From positions 124,001 to 188,000 of the forward strand of contig CP120463.1 in assembly GCA_034226945.1 (NCBI GenBank): a DNA stretch of 64,000 bases, given 5' to 3'. The first letter of the stretch is position 1. The number at the start of each line of letters is the position of its first letter. Positions 49,747-61,886 of this stretch are shown here, piece after piece. The DNA comes from Picochlorum sp. SENEW3. Its lineage: Eukaryota. Below the pieces are notes generated by a model. It did not search any database. It saw only the letters and a list, made by a program, of their open reading frames with translations, and had not been told where the DNA came from. The translations under genes were made by a program, and so were the position numbers.

Positions 49747-52370
49747 TTAGGCACTCAATTCCTCCTCGATGATTCTGGCTGCCGATACAGCTGCCTCGAG
49801 ATTATTCTTCGCCTGATTTTTTGCATTTCTAATTTTCTCAAGTTCTCGGAGGAGAGGGGCCTCCTCCTCTGACAAGACAGCATTCACTTTTGTGTAAATT
49901 TGTCTTGCTCTTTCTATTTCTGCCGAGCACGCATCTTTTGCAACATGAGAGGCGAGCTTCTTTGCCGCTTTAGACACAAGGAAGCCACAACCAGCATTAT
50001 TAACGTCCTCATCTGAAATATTCCCTACCCGAGCAAGATATGCTTTGTTCGCTGCCATCCTTGCTTTCCTTGCCAGTTCCAGTGCAGTGTATGACTTCAA
50101 ATCAATGTTTTCTGAGCTGATCCGATTGCAGATAGTATCTGACATTGTATTCTCCTCAATTTCCTGTATGATCTTATTGAGTTTTGTATAAAGATGTGGG
50201 TTGCCTTGTCTTCTCTTCTTCGAAGATGGTATCTGTACTTCAGATTTCTTGGGGCATTTCACATCTGGTACAATTCCATCAAATGTCTTGTACTCCGGGT
50301 CAAAAACATCGTCCTCATCTCTGGCCACGTAATGCCCCCCAATGTATTCCATTCGCGTTAGTGGAGTCGCACACGTGGACTGGATGCCTCCTTTACTCAA
50401 CATTGAGCAATCCCATTGGTCATTTCCACTCGACAGATCAACCACTGTGGAATGTGGCACAATTCTCCACTTTGCGCATAAATTGCATTTCACCCAATGA
50501 TCTCTGTGATAATTTCCTACAAAATCGCTCAAGCGATCCAGCAAAGCCCAGAATTCATCAGTTTGAACGAGTGACTTGTCGACTGGTATATTTGGTTCAC
50601 CATGCTCTTCAAATGCTGAATAAAACTTTGGATACAGACTTTCTCGATTAGCCTTTGCAAGGCAAAAGATTGATATACCGAATCCTATCGGAGTGCTAGA
50701 GTAATCTTTAAACAAAACGGCCATTCGTTTAAGATGCACCCGTGGATAAGGCCTGAGTCTTTGATAAAAGGCGGTGTCAGTTGAATTTCTACAAATGAGA
50801 ATAATTGCAGGAACTGACCCGTTCTCCACTTCATCAATCGCTCTGTTGACGAATCTCCACTGAATTTGAGAGCTAACTGAATAAAATATGGAACTGTTAG
50901 TTATCACCTGACCAAAAGAATGCATGGATCAACACAAAAAGCCATCGTACAATCTGGGTTCAAAATCACATAATATCCAGCCCAAGAATTGGTCAACTTC
51001 AAGCCATTATCCATTCTATCATACAACTTTTCCGCTGGAATATTTGGAGCAACTTTGGAATTTGTACAGGGGTCCAAAAGTTTCAGGATTGACGGATTTG
51101 AAACAGTTGGGCGCTGTAATCCAAACACATCAAATGCAGCTTTAGATATTATCCAATCAGGAGTTAAGCCCATTCTCTCCGTGTTCTCTTCGTTCATATC
51201 CTCAGCATGATCAGAATCATTGTACTCGTTATTCAGATCACAGCAAGGGCATCGCCACATTCTATCTGGCAAATACTGATCAGTTAACGCTGGACAGATT
51301 AGACAGAGAGTATGGAATTTTCTGTCACATCCAGGGCATTTTAGAGGAGCTCCAGGAGCAGAACATTCCTGGCAGATATCCTTATATCGTTTATTTGCAA
51401 CAGTATGCATATCATATAATGATGCTACCCGCTGTAGTTCAGTTCCTCGGTCCTTTTCAGCAGACTGTAGCTCCATAATTGCTAATTTCACAAGCCTGGC
51501 CCTGAAACACCCTCTCTACTGTTGAACGAAAATATTTTGACCTAGTCATGCACAGAAGATACACGTACTTTTTATGTCGCTTTCCCCATAGAGACAGAGA
51601 CTCTTTCATATCAGGATCTGTCTGATCATTAGCAATCCTTACTTGCTTCTGTGAAAACCATCCAAAACTATGTTCACCTGCACCAAAAGAGCGTCAATGT
51701 CAGATATCCGTCAAATCGGCGCTTGGGAAGATGCCCCCCAATGGATGATATCATGAGACGACGACGTGGTTCTGATGCTCACCATAGAACTTAACAAGAT
51801 ATGCACCGGATCTTCTCGTCATCAAGACGTCAGCTAGATCGTCTTTTCGACAGTGTTTGATAGACCAAATTATAGCAGGCCAGTTTCCATGTGGGCCAAG
51901 ATTCACCCAACAGCGTGTGCCAGGCTTGTTTCTCATCTTTTGGCATTCAGACTCAACTTTTTGGATGTGGTCACGTAATGCAGGCCCTTGAAGCGGCATT
52001 GATGGAGGAGGTGTGGGTCTTTTCCAGGATGAATACTGTGTTTCTGCTCGCTGCCGCTTGGTTCGACGTTCAGAGCCTTTTGTTTCAAGGATGTACTCAC
52101 GAACCTGTGTAACAGGCAGGGTGACTCGGATAGACTTGAAATCCGTCATTCGAATTTGAGCCACCATTTGATCGCCATTTGTTTCTACCTTAACCACTGA
52201 ACCCTACATATTTCAGGAGCACGCGCCTTGTATAAGATGGTTGATGTACGTTAACATGTAGATATAGGGTTCCGTACGTGGTGCCTGCCCGGATAGTTTC
52301 CGGAACCGAATTTCTCAAGGATCTCCCCTGGAATCAACACTTCTTTTCTTAAAACACCTGTCCTCCTCAT
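49747..52370 (-). CDS. PWWP-PHD-N6-adenine (phage Dam-like) methyltransferase-zf-CW fusion protein
   Basis: Exons 52278-52370, 51783-52203, 51569-51677, 50951-51501 and 49747-50876 join in frame. PWWP (GNWPAII..YLVKFYGEHSFGW), C4HC3 PHD, MTase (LTPDWI, LDPC, DNGL..W, ILNPDF, STDTAFYQ) and zf-CW (WVKCNLCAKWR..WDC..TC). Confidence 0.8.
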
Positions 52371-52554
52371 TTTAAAATGAATATTAAACTGCGAGGATGC
52401 TGCGACTCCCAGACAGCCTTCAATCGCGTGTGTCGGCAGATTTCCAAACTGGATGTAGACGTTTTGTTTTACCGCATTATTATTACCCACGCCGTGTGAC
52501 ATCCAACTCGGCCGCGGCACAAAAGAGCCTTCTGAATGAATTATAGATGGCTTA

Positions 52555-54547
52555 TTACATATGCGTAGGAAGTTTGTTATAATTCTGGTCAAACACAAAT
52601 GTTTCAAGACTAATCTCAACAGCTGACACAGGATAGGGGATATCAAATGACTGCAGGACTTCTGGGTGCACAACCCCAAATTCACCGACCTTTTGACCCA
52701 TAGCATAAATCGAAGCATGTCTTCCCTTGAAATATGTTTCGCTATCATCCGCTTCCCAAGAGTAAGAAATTCCTTTTTGCACTTTCATCAGGTCTTTCGG
52801 GGATGAGGAAAACTTTTCATGAGGCACTCCCAACACCTGCATCACGCGATTCAACAGTCCATGAACAACTTCAAATCCACTAGTTTTATCGCAATTAATA
52901 GCCACAAGCCTTCGCTCATTCCTCGCACCCACGTCTGTGGTATCATCGATCAAAATCACATCAGAGACCTCGAAGAGTTTCATTGGGAGAGGGGTGTCCT
53001 TATTTGCTCCTGCATCACATTCACACCGTTATCGCGTCTCTAGTCATTAATGTTATTCAAATAGATACAAAGGCGTACCAATCGTTTTGAGCATTCCAGG
53101 GAGCAAAGTAGTCCTACAGACTTCGAATTCTGATGTAGCAGGATTTCCAATTGACACAGCAGCTGTAGGGTCGTCCTCTTTCCTTATATCAGTGAAATTC
53201 TCTTTACGAGAGCACAAGGCCCAAGTCAACACTTCGGTAAAACCAGAGGTAGCACACTCAATCCTCAACAATTCACAAAGTTGTGAAAGTGGATTCTCTT
53301 TTCCTGTTGTCGCAATCATCGGTGGCTCGATGGGGAGGTTGTCATACCCATATGCGATGGCCACATCCTCCATTACATCACAACTATGAAGAACATCACT
53401 GCGAGTGATTGGAGCGAGGACATGTAACGCCTTGCCTTCTGCAGTAGCATCCAGTTGCATTTTCTTCAGCAAAGATGCAGCATCTGATGACCGGATATCT
53501 AGACCAGTGCAGGAATTGACATAATCCATGTCCACATTGAACCGTTTTGGAGACACGTCGGGATAATATGCAGTCTTTCCAGTGGCATCTACCACTTCCA
53601 CTGGCTCAATCTCAAACGGTGTTGAGCAATATTCTGAGAACATTGCACAGACTGTGTTCAGCACTATTTTGGCCTTTGTCAGATCAGTTGCAGTGCATTC
53701 AATAAAAACATCCTTTGTATTCATAGTAATAGCTGATCTTGCACCATTAATCACTGGTGGAAGAGAAAGCACATGTCTATCCGCATCCATGATGACAGGG
53801 TACACCACAGATGACTGAATGATTGGCACATACCGTTTCAGCTTCTGATCATTCGCTGCATAGTACTCCAATAGATCTTTGGCATTGAACTCCCTTGTTT
53901 GCTTTAAAGGAACAAACTTGATGTCTTCTGGTGGAAGGGCTTCGTATGTAAATGGCCCTTTGACAGTAGACAAGTCATGTGTTCCAATGGCCACCAAGGT
54001 CCTCTGTCTGCACAAATTCTGATGAAGCTTGTCTTGCAGATCAATGAAGCTGTTATATCGGGTCGCATCAAACGTAATACCTCGAAGAACAGCACAGACA
54101 ACGAATGGTCGCACGAGAGATGTCTCTGGCTTTACAACCAAGCGTTGCAACTCCTTTCCACTCATGTCTGCTAGTGAGTACTTGGGAGGATCCATTTTCC
54201 CACGAAACACATTGAGGGCTCTGGCAATACCCTCGAGACATAACATATCATATCTATTGGCAGGAATATCAATCTTATAGATAACTTCATCGCTGATATC
54301 TTCCAAGCCTTTCTGGGTAGCCGACGACTGCAGTTCCTTGCGCACAAGCTCCCGCTCTGATGTCACATCGTCAAGCTCAATCCCATATTCGAAACAAAGA
54401 GATTCAAATTCCTCCTCACCTACAAGTGTTCAAACACCATGAGTATTCTCGCCTGAGATCAGTCGCATGGTAGTCAGCCAGAGACGCACTAAATTTCTCC
54501 CCTAAAGCTTCGAAGAGTTTATCTCTGTTCAAACCAACAATCGGCAT
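52555..54547 (-). CDS. FARSB: Phenylalanyl-tRNA synthetase beta subunit, cytosolic
   Basis: Exons 54490-54547, 53079-54419 and 52555-53009. Motifs FEYGIELDD, IPANRYDMLCLEG, QDKLHQN, TRSDVLHSCD and GVVHPEVL. Confidence 0.96.
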
Positions 54548-54742
54548 TTCGACAAAATAATGTAGATGTAAATAAATAATGAAGTCTCTCCCCTCTGCAT
54601 CGCCCTAATTTGGGATTCAATCCTTCTTCCAAGATGGAAGGACGCCCTCCTAAATAAGATACATCTGACATCGATATACGATGGCGACGGAGGGACATTT
54701 TCAATTGAAGATTAGATAATGTAGTCGATATATGCTGTGCAT

Positions 54743-56052
54743 ATGAGTGCTCTAGATGATACAATAGTTGCCATTCTTGATTGGGCGAATGTCTTTTTCG
54801 AGTTTGTCTGTGTCACCTTGACCCTTTCCTTCTTTCTCTTCTGCTGCGTTCCATACCTTCATACGCGAGCGAGGAATTTGTTGAGACCTTGGGTGATTTA
54901 TCACGTGGAGAATGGGCTGTATTGGGTGGCCCTGTTGCAAAAATATCGGACTCCGTCCTTGACAACAGTTTTTGAGCAGTCTTCCCACAGTGTTAGCGTG
55001 GGATTTTATGTACGCTGATGAGTAGCACATGTCACCAGAGGAGCGATGTGATGTTTCGTATTATATTGCAGGGGTCGTTCCTTCCCTTGTTGATTTGGGA
55101 GGGGTTTCCTGGGTTGGGAACTGAGTTGTGCATGTTGATGGCATCAACACTCTATGTTGGCAATGCCATGAAGGATTTGGTGTCGGCTCCACGGCCTCTA
55201 GGACTGAAATATGAGAAAGTGCGACTCTCTCACATATCAACAGGTTCAGAGGAGACGAAGAAAAATGCTGAAGAGTATGGTTTGCCTTCCTCTCACACAA
55301 TGAACTCTTTGTGTCTCAATTTTTACATTTGTCACTATCTCCATAAAAATGATTTCCTCTCGAATGATATGGCCATTTTCTGGTACAGTGCAGTATTTAT
55401 ATGGGTTGTTTGGATTGCAATCTCGAGACTCTACCTTGGGCTCCATACCCCAATTGACATACTGGCTGGAGCTATTGCAGGTCTGACTGTGCTGACAGCT
55501 TTCATCAGCGTACAGGAGAGGGTACATCAGTTCATGTTCTCCATCAACTCTTGGATTTCGATGATTATACTGTCACTGATACTACTGCGCCTTCATCCCA
55601 TGCCGGAAAAACCGACACCGACATATGAATTCACAACGAGCTTTGTTGGAGTAGCTTTTGGTGTGATTGTTGCAATTCATCTGTATCCTGCATACTATGA
55701 GGAGGATATCACGCTACAAAAGATATTATCTCTCCCCATTCTGATCCATATAGCGCGAGTGGCGACTGGGTTTGGCATTGTTCTCCTGTCCAAAAGCGTA
55801 ATGAAACGAGTGTGTACAGCAATTTTGCCTCTGGCATATTATGGATTCCCTCTTGCGATACGAAGATTGTGGCAGCCTCCAGTCCACGGAAAAGTAGATC
55901 CAAATACATCACTGAAGCGAACCATGGATGATCGCCAATGGGTAGATGTTGATGCAACTGTGAGATTCTTCTCCTATGCATCGATTGGGTTCAGCGCCTG
56001 TTACCTGGTACCAAAAGCTTTCGATGCCATACACTATTTATTCGGATATTGA
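54743..56052 (+). CDS. Sphingoid-base phosphate phosphatase (PAP2, LPP-delta/SPP-like)
   Basis: Intron 55010-55071. Motifs KDLVSAPRP, EYGLPSSH and SRLYLGLH. Confidence 0.92.
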
Positions 56053-56062
56053 ATTATACACT

Positions 56063-56455
56063 TTACTTTTGATCCTGTACAGTCTTTTGCCTTTTCCTTT
56101 TGATACCCTTCAAACTTTGTTTATCCAAATTCCAGGCCTGCTTTGTTTTACTGGGCAAGTATGGTCGCAACGTGTCGCCTGGATTTCCTGGCAACAGTTT
56201 CTTTATAGCTTTATGAATATCTAGGCTCGTTAATTCTCTTGTCTCGCCGTTCAGTGACTTGGCCTCCTCCAATACCTTGACCATGATGGTGTCCAAGTAT
56301 GCTGTCAACATTTGAAGAGATTCCTCACTGACTTCCAATCCAATATCCATGCTTTCAAGCGCTTTCATCATCCATTCAGAGATCTCTGACGAGTATGTAT
56401 CACGGCCTGAGCCCGGATCTTCAGAGATGGATGGAAAACTGTCGGTCTCATCCAT
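56063..56455 (-). CDS. Divergent histone H2B-like histone-fold protein
   Basis: WMMKALESM..EVSEESLQMLTAYLDTIMVKVLEEAKSL..RELTSLDIHKAIKKLLPG aligns by eye to the H2B core. Confidence 0.65.
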   Translation of the reverse strand: MDETDSFPSISEDPGSGRDTYSSEISEWMMKALESMDIGLEVSEESLQMLTAYLDTIMVKVLEEAKSLNGETRELTSLDIHKAIKKLLPGNPGDTLRPYLPSKTKQAWNLDKQSLKGIKRKRQKTVQDQK

Positions 56456-56615
56456 ACTTGACAGTTGGTCGGTGGTACAACAACACTTGACAATAGCAAC
56501 GGTCAACCAGAGAGACTTCACATAGAAACAATCAATCAGAATTTAGTACTACTCCAATACTGCATAGTTTTTTCCATCACTTTCCGCACCGAATTCAAAA
56601 TCTGCTTGGATTTCT

Positions 56616-57076
56616 TCAATAGAACAAACAATCTCCTTTCCACGGCTCTCTTCGACTGGTCCCGTCAAACTGATCTTTGTCGACCGAGAGCCATCTGTCA
56701 GACACAAAAGCACATTCGCAGGGCCCCACCTATGAGTGAGATGGTATTTTAATGAAAGAATACTGTGAGATATCAGTCTGTTGGGTAGATTCAACAGGGT
56801 TCGGGTCGCTTGTACCTCTTCGAGAGCTGCATCTATACCAACTGCCAGGGAACGTGCTCGTGAGCGTGTTCGGAGCTACATAGCGTGAGGGTAATTCGTA
56901 AGCATTCTGGATGGATCACATGAACATTTCATGGAGAATGATTTTTGAAGGAATTTCACAGGAGAAGTCATGCTGACAAGTTTCGTCGAGGAGAGGCCTG
57001 TGAAGCGGTTGAAGGGCCAACCCGAGGTGTACGATGACAGCTCGGGAAACGTACGTTTACGGACATGGATTACCAT
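56616..57076 (-). CDS. Possible small spliced protein (about 58 aa)
   Basis: ATG|GTAAT followed by exons 56816-56875 and 56616-56729 gives MLRTRSRARSLAVGIDAALEEVGPCECAFVSDRWL..CLFY. Confidence 0.35.
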
Positions 57077-57261
57077 CTCGTTTTTAGCATTCTAATATGG
57101 CGAATCGATGTTGTCATGCAGACCTCTTGTAAGACAAGTCCCGAACAGGGCGTCTTTGACGACGAGTTGGCTGGGATATTGCCGGCAAAGACACCGGGTA
57201 CGTGTGGATTGCTGTTGTGAACGTTCGGTCTTACTCATGGATGCCGTGTGTGTGAGGGATA

Positions 57262-58464
57262 ATGGTGGTTCTTTCTGCAGCACTCAATCTGGTGAATGAT
57301 AGTTTTGCACCGGGAGGTCTGCAGAGTGGTACAGATGCAAGCTTGCTTGCATCTAGTCAGCTAAAAAGTCTGCAGCGGAGATTCACCACGCAGCAGGTGC
57401 TCGAGACTCCCAAAAATTTTGTAGCTGAGAGAGTTGAGAAGGAAGATGTTGTGGAGAACGTTGCGGGAAATGATGCTGAAGGGTTTTTTATCTTTAGCCA
57501 GCCTGGCTACGAGCGAGGTGCCTCACAGCATGTGATTGAGGATGTCGATGAAGCGTCGACGCCGTGCAAAAGTTCGGATGAGCTTGACAGAAATGATTCT
57601 GGAATTGATCTAGCCCTGTTGAATAGTGGTTTCTCGACAAAGTCGTGCGGGGAGGAAGGAGATTTGGGGAGCCAGCCAACTGCAAAGAAATCAGAGGATC
57701 CAAAAACTGATGATCCCAATTCGCGCTTAACTCCCGCTGTACACTCTGCTGATAGAGTGCAATTGAATCAGGCTGGACCAAGCTATTTTCCAATCTTTCG
57801 ATCGAAGAAAGACTGCAAAGTTGTGTATATCATTCGCCATGGGGAATCAGAATTCAATGCCGCATGCTCTGCTCGGGGATCTTCCTGGGAAGATCCTTTA
57901 TTGTTCGATGCAAGGCTTACATTGCAAGGTAGAAAACAAGCATTATCACTTAGAAATGAAGTTTTAAAGTGGGACCTCCCAAAAGATGCATTGTGGATAA
58001 CATCACCATTGACCAGGGCAATTGAGACCATGTTGCATGTGCACCCAGCTGTGAAGCATGGTGATTTCTCATGTGCAAGGTCAACAATATTGAAAAATGT
58101 CATGGTATTGCCTGAGGTTACAGAACGATTGCATACATCAGGGGATATTGGTCGAAGTCCGGCCGATTTGGCCAGTGACTTCCCAATGCTCCACAGTCAA
58201 CTGAAAAATCTATCAGACACCTGGTGGTACTCCAAGAAGGAGAAACCGAATTGTCCATATAGAAGACTATTCCAATCTCACGAGCCAAAAGATAGCATAA
58301 CTAGGAGGATTCGTCAGTTTAGAAAATGGATCATTGATCGCCCTGAAAAGGCCTTTGTCGCTGTCGGTCATAGCATGTTTTGGAAGGACTTTGCCACAGC
58401 ATGTCACAATGGTATTAAGCAGGAGACATTGCGTAATTGCGAATGGAAGATAATCCATGTTTGA
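57262..58464 (+). CDS. Histidine phosphatase superfamily (phosphoglycerate-mutase-like) protein
   Basis: IRHGESEFN, DARLT-G, TSPLTRAIET, VGHS and LRNCE. Confidence 0.9.
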   Translation: MVVLSAALNLVNDSFAPGGLQSGTDASLLASSQLKSLQRRFTTQQVLETPKNFVAERVEKEDVVENVAGNDAEGFFIFSQPGYERGASQHVIEDVDEASTPCKSSDELDRNDSGIDLALLNSGFSTKSCGEEGDLGSQPTAKKSEDPKTDDPNSRLTPAVHSADRVQLNQAGPSYFPIFRSKKDCKVVYIIRHGESEFNAACSARGSSWEDPLLFDARLTLQGRKQALSLRNEVLKWDLPKDALWITSPLTRAIETMLHVHPAVKHGDFSCARSTILKNVMVLPEVTERLHTSGDIGRSPADLASDFPMLHSQLKNLSDTWWYSKKEKPNCPYRRLFQSHEPKDSITRRIRQFRKWIIDRPEKAFVAVGHSMFWKDFATACHNGIKQETLRNCEWKIIHV

Positions 58465-58561
58465 TACTTTCAAATCAAGATAATAATTCAATCATCATTT
58501 GGCTCGTGGAGTGTAAATAGACGACGCATTCTTGCTCAAAGTTGTTTCAGTAGTCTAGACA

Positions 58562-60392
58562 ATGAGAGTCGGAACTCGATGGCCCCACTTATGCAGTCGT
58601 ATTGAGCATCGGTCCCCATCGAAACATTTAAGAACCATTAAGCGTCAATACAGGCCCCCTAAATCAAGAATATGTGCCCTCGATACGAATGCTCTCATCG
58701 GCACGGGGATCTTTTTCGCTCCGGGAGCGGCGATTCTCGGCTATGCCTTCGTCAAGGGGAAAGGAAATGTCAAGGATGGTCTCAGTAGGTTGTTGACAGA
58801 AGTAAGCCAAGGATACTTTCAGCCCTCCGTCGGCGGGTTGAACATACCGGTTGCCGAGGGAGAGCTGTCAGACCTGGCAGGAGATGAACCACTATTCAAA
58901 GCCCTTTACAAGTGGTTCATCGAGAGCGGTGGTGTTTTCAAACTCTCCTTTGGTCCTAAAGCATTCATAGTTGTTTCAGACCCCCAAGTTGTGAAGCATT
59001 TGCTGAAAGATAATGCATACAACTACGATAAAGGAGTCCTGGCAGAGATCTTAGAACCAATCATGGGGAAAGGTTTGATTCCTGCTGATTTGGAGACGTG
59101 GAAAACAAGGCGCAGACAGATTGTTCCGGCCTTCCATAAGGCGTACTTGGAGAATTGCATTGCAATGTTTGGGTCGTGCGCAGAGAAGGTTGTTGAAAGG
59201 CTCGAGAAGGCTGCTGAGAGTTCCAAGTCACTCAACATGGAGGAAGAGTTTTTGAATTTAGGTTTGGATATTATTGGTATTGGTGTATTCAATTATGACT
59301 TTGGAAGTATTAATAACCAAAGCCCAGTGATACAGGCAGTCTATGGGGTTTTGAAGGAAGCAGAGCACAGGTCAACGTTTTACATTCCTTACTGGAACAT
59401 TCCAATATCCAAATATATTGTGCCAAGACAAATTAAGTTTCAGAAAGATATCAGGGTCATCAATGACTGTCTTGATGATTTGATTGACAGGGCAAAGTCC
59501 TCTAGATGTGTAGATGATATTGAGGCTCTTCAAGCAAGGGACTACTCTAAAGTGCAGGATGCGTCATTATTGAGATTTTTAGTCGATATGAGGGATGCGG
59601 ATTTGGACCAAAAGCAGCTACGAGATGATTTGATGACAATGTTGATTGCTGGCCATGAGACCACCGCAGCTGTCCTCACATGGACGCTCTACCTCCTAGC
59701 CACACACCCAGAGGTACAAGATAAGATTGTTAAAGAAATCAGCGGCATTGGTCCTAAACCAGGTGAGTTTTCTCGTTCATGTGCATATCAGCTCTCCCTG
59801 AAATTCTAATATACAGCATTCTGGGTTGACTGCAGGTCTGGAAGACATTGCAAAAGTCCCATACCTACGAAATGTGGTGGCAGAGTCTCTCCGTCTGTAC
59901 CCACAGCCTCCTATTCTGATTCGAAGAGCCCTTGACGATGATGTGCTTCCGTCAGGCTTGAACGGAGACCCAAATGGATATCCGATAGGGAAAGGTGCTG
60001 ATTTGTTCATTTCTGTGTGGAATCTCCACCGATCCCCATACCTGTGGAAAGATCCTGACGCATTTCGGCCAGAGAGATTTACTGAAAGATACACAAACCC
60101 AGATTTTACAGAGTGGGAAGGGTATGATCCCGAGAAACAAGGGTCATCTCTGTACCCAAATGAAGTGGCCTCAGACTTTGCCTTTCTTCCGTTCGGTGGT
60201 GGAATTCGCAAGTGCGTGGGAGATCAGTTTGCACTCACAGAGGCTACCGTGACGCTCATCATGATACTCTCTAGGTTCTCATTTGAACTCGCAACAAGCC
60301 CAAATGAGGTTGGCATGGCCACTGGTGCCACCATTCACACAGCAAATGGTTTACATTGTTTTGTTAAGAAAAGAAACACAGCAAACATCTAA
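58562..60392 (+). CDS. CYP97B: Cytochrome P450 CYP97B
   Basis: Intron 59763-59835. [40 protein letters not shown] and heme motif [10 protein letters not shown]. Confidence 0.93.
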
Positions 60393-60395
60393 TTC

Positions 60396-60854
60396 TCAAA
60401 GTCCCTTGTAAAAAGCCTCTAAAAATGGGCTCATACCCGTCTCTTTGTGTACTGTATCCTTGGCAGGATTCTTCACATACTGAGACACCAAATGATGCCG
60501 TTGCTTGTGGTTCATCAAGATCATTTCTAACTCCTCTCGCCCCTTGTATATCAAAATGTCTATCGCCGATGGATCTCTTACCTGAGAGTTCTTCCTGATC
60601 ATATCAGATACATTCCTTCTCATCTCAGCCATCGTTGTCAACTCCTCTAGCTTGTACTGTCTCATGATTGTTGGAAGGCAACGGCCAACCTGCAACACAC
60701 AACCATGCCAATCGAACCGCACCCAACAAAATCATCCACTTCAAGATACACCTACCTCCCTGAAGAATTCAAGGCTCTTTACAGACGCTCCCTGACTCAC
60801 AGCGTGAGCCACCCGAGAACCGAGTTCAACATTCTTCTTTGCCAGCGCTGACAT
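60396..60854 (-). CDS. NDUFA6: Complex I subunit B14/NDUFA6 (LYR family)
   Basis: Exons 60756-60854 and 60396-60689. FFREVGRCLP..YKL, DPSAIDILIYKG, HKQRHH and SPFLEAFY. Confidence 0.88.
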
Positions 60855-61178
60855 GATATTATTACAACAATATCATTTAAATTGCACGACTGCATAGTGA
60901 ATTGAACGTGGTTGGACTGAGGAATGAAATCCCTAGCACGTCAGCCTTAATTAAGGCGCGAGAGCTCTCGAATCCAGGCTCTTGCCACTTGGCCCCGGAT
61001 CCGGGAATGGGCATTGCAAAAACTCTCTTTGCAATGGATATTCCCTATCGATAGCAATTATGAAAAACATGTGATTAATATATTGGGGATTGAAGGTGTG
61101 TTTTGAACTTGATGTGCTCGATTCTTTTTTTCTGCATGCCGCTTTTTGAATGCGGCCCAGCGAAGGGCCCCTGTATAT

Positions 61179-61248
61179 CCCGATGATGGTACACATTAAT
61201 CTTTGAGAACGGAATACACAATGTTGATATTATAGCATATCCTGAGGG
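61179..61248 (+). ncRNA. Box C/D snoRNA guiding 18S Cm38 (snoR66-like)
   Basis: CCC/GGG stem, C box ATGATGG, guide TTAATCTTTGAGA (61196-61208) antisense to 18S UCUCAAAGAUUAA, D' CGGA, C' ATGTTGA, D CTGA. The D+5 rule gives C38. Confidence 0.85.
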
Positions 61249-61584
61249 TTTGGGTAGAAGGCCATACGTCAGTATATTCTCCGTGCGGATCCCTGTTTTC
61301 CAATGAGGGAAAAACCGTCCCAAACCAGCTGACAAGATGAACGATTGCCGTGTATCGCTTCTGTATACGTTTGGTATACAGTAGATGCGCTGCAATTATA
61401 TATTGTAACGCCTATACGCCTTCTGACTGACGTTTTGAATGTGGGTCTGTAGGGCTCTTTGAGGCTGCTGCTGTAGGAGTGAGTCAGAGGTATCCTCGAG
61501 ACGAAAGGAGGTTTACTCTTGTTGGCAGCATTCTGATCATGTTCAGGGTGAGTAGTATTGATACGTGTAGTTCTGTCGCTTTGT

Positions 61585-61665
61585 GAGAGGATGAAGATTG
61601 GATAGTTTCACACATCCTGATGTTCAAGATGATGAAACCATATCGCTGCGTTCTTTCTGACTCTC
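61585..61665 (+). ncRNA. Box C/D snoRNA guiding 5.8S Am43 (plant snoR9-like)
   Basis: GAGAG/CTCTC stem, C ATGAAGA, D' CTGA, C' ATGATGA, guide TCGCTGCGTTCTT antisense to 5.8S AAGAACGCAGCGA, D CTGA. D+5 gives A43 (yeast numbering). Confidence 0.9.
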
Positions 61666-61793
61666 GCAAATGACAGTGTTGTTGTATGCGAGCATATGAA
61701 GAAGAAATCAAAAACAAAATCTTAGGACACCTTCAGAGGCATGAATACAATGCCAATGAGACGACAATTTCTGCTGATGCTGGCTGTTTGTGG

Positions 61794-61886
61794 GAAACTC
61801 ACTGATGTGAAAAAATAACTTTCGTTCTACTGAAGTCGACACGACGCTGTAGAAGAAATTATTTGGAGACCTGAACTGAGAGTTTC
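61794..61886 (+). ncRNA. Box C/D snoRNA guiding 18S Am974 (snR54/U59-like) with a second LSU guide
   Basis: GAAACTC/GAGTTTC stem and variant C box CTGATGT. Guide AACTTTCGTTCT before D' CTGA. Second guide TTGGAGACCTGA before D CTGA. Confidence 0.85.

Noticed and set aside
61231..61245. U27-like guide (AGCATAT) for 18S Am28
   Set aside because: Only 7 nt match and the D+5 register is wrong.
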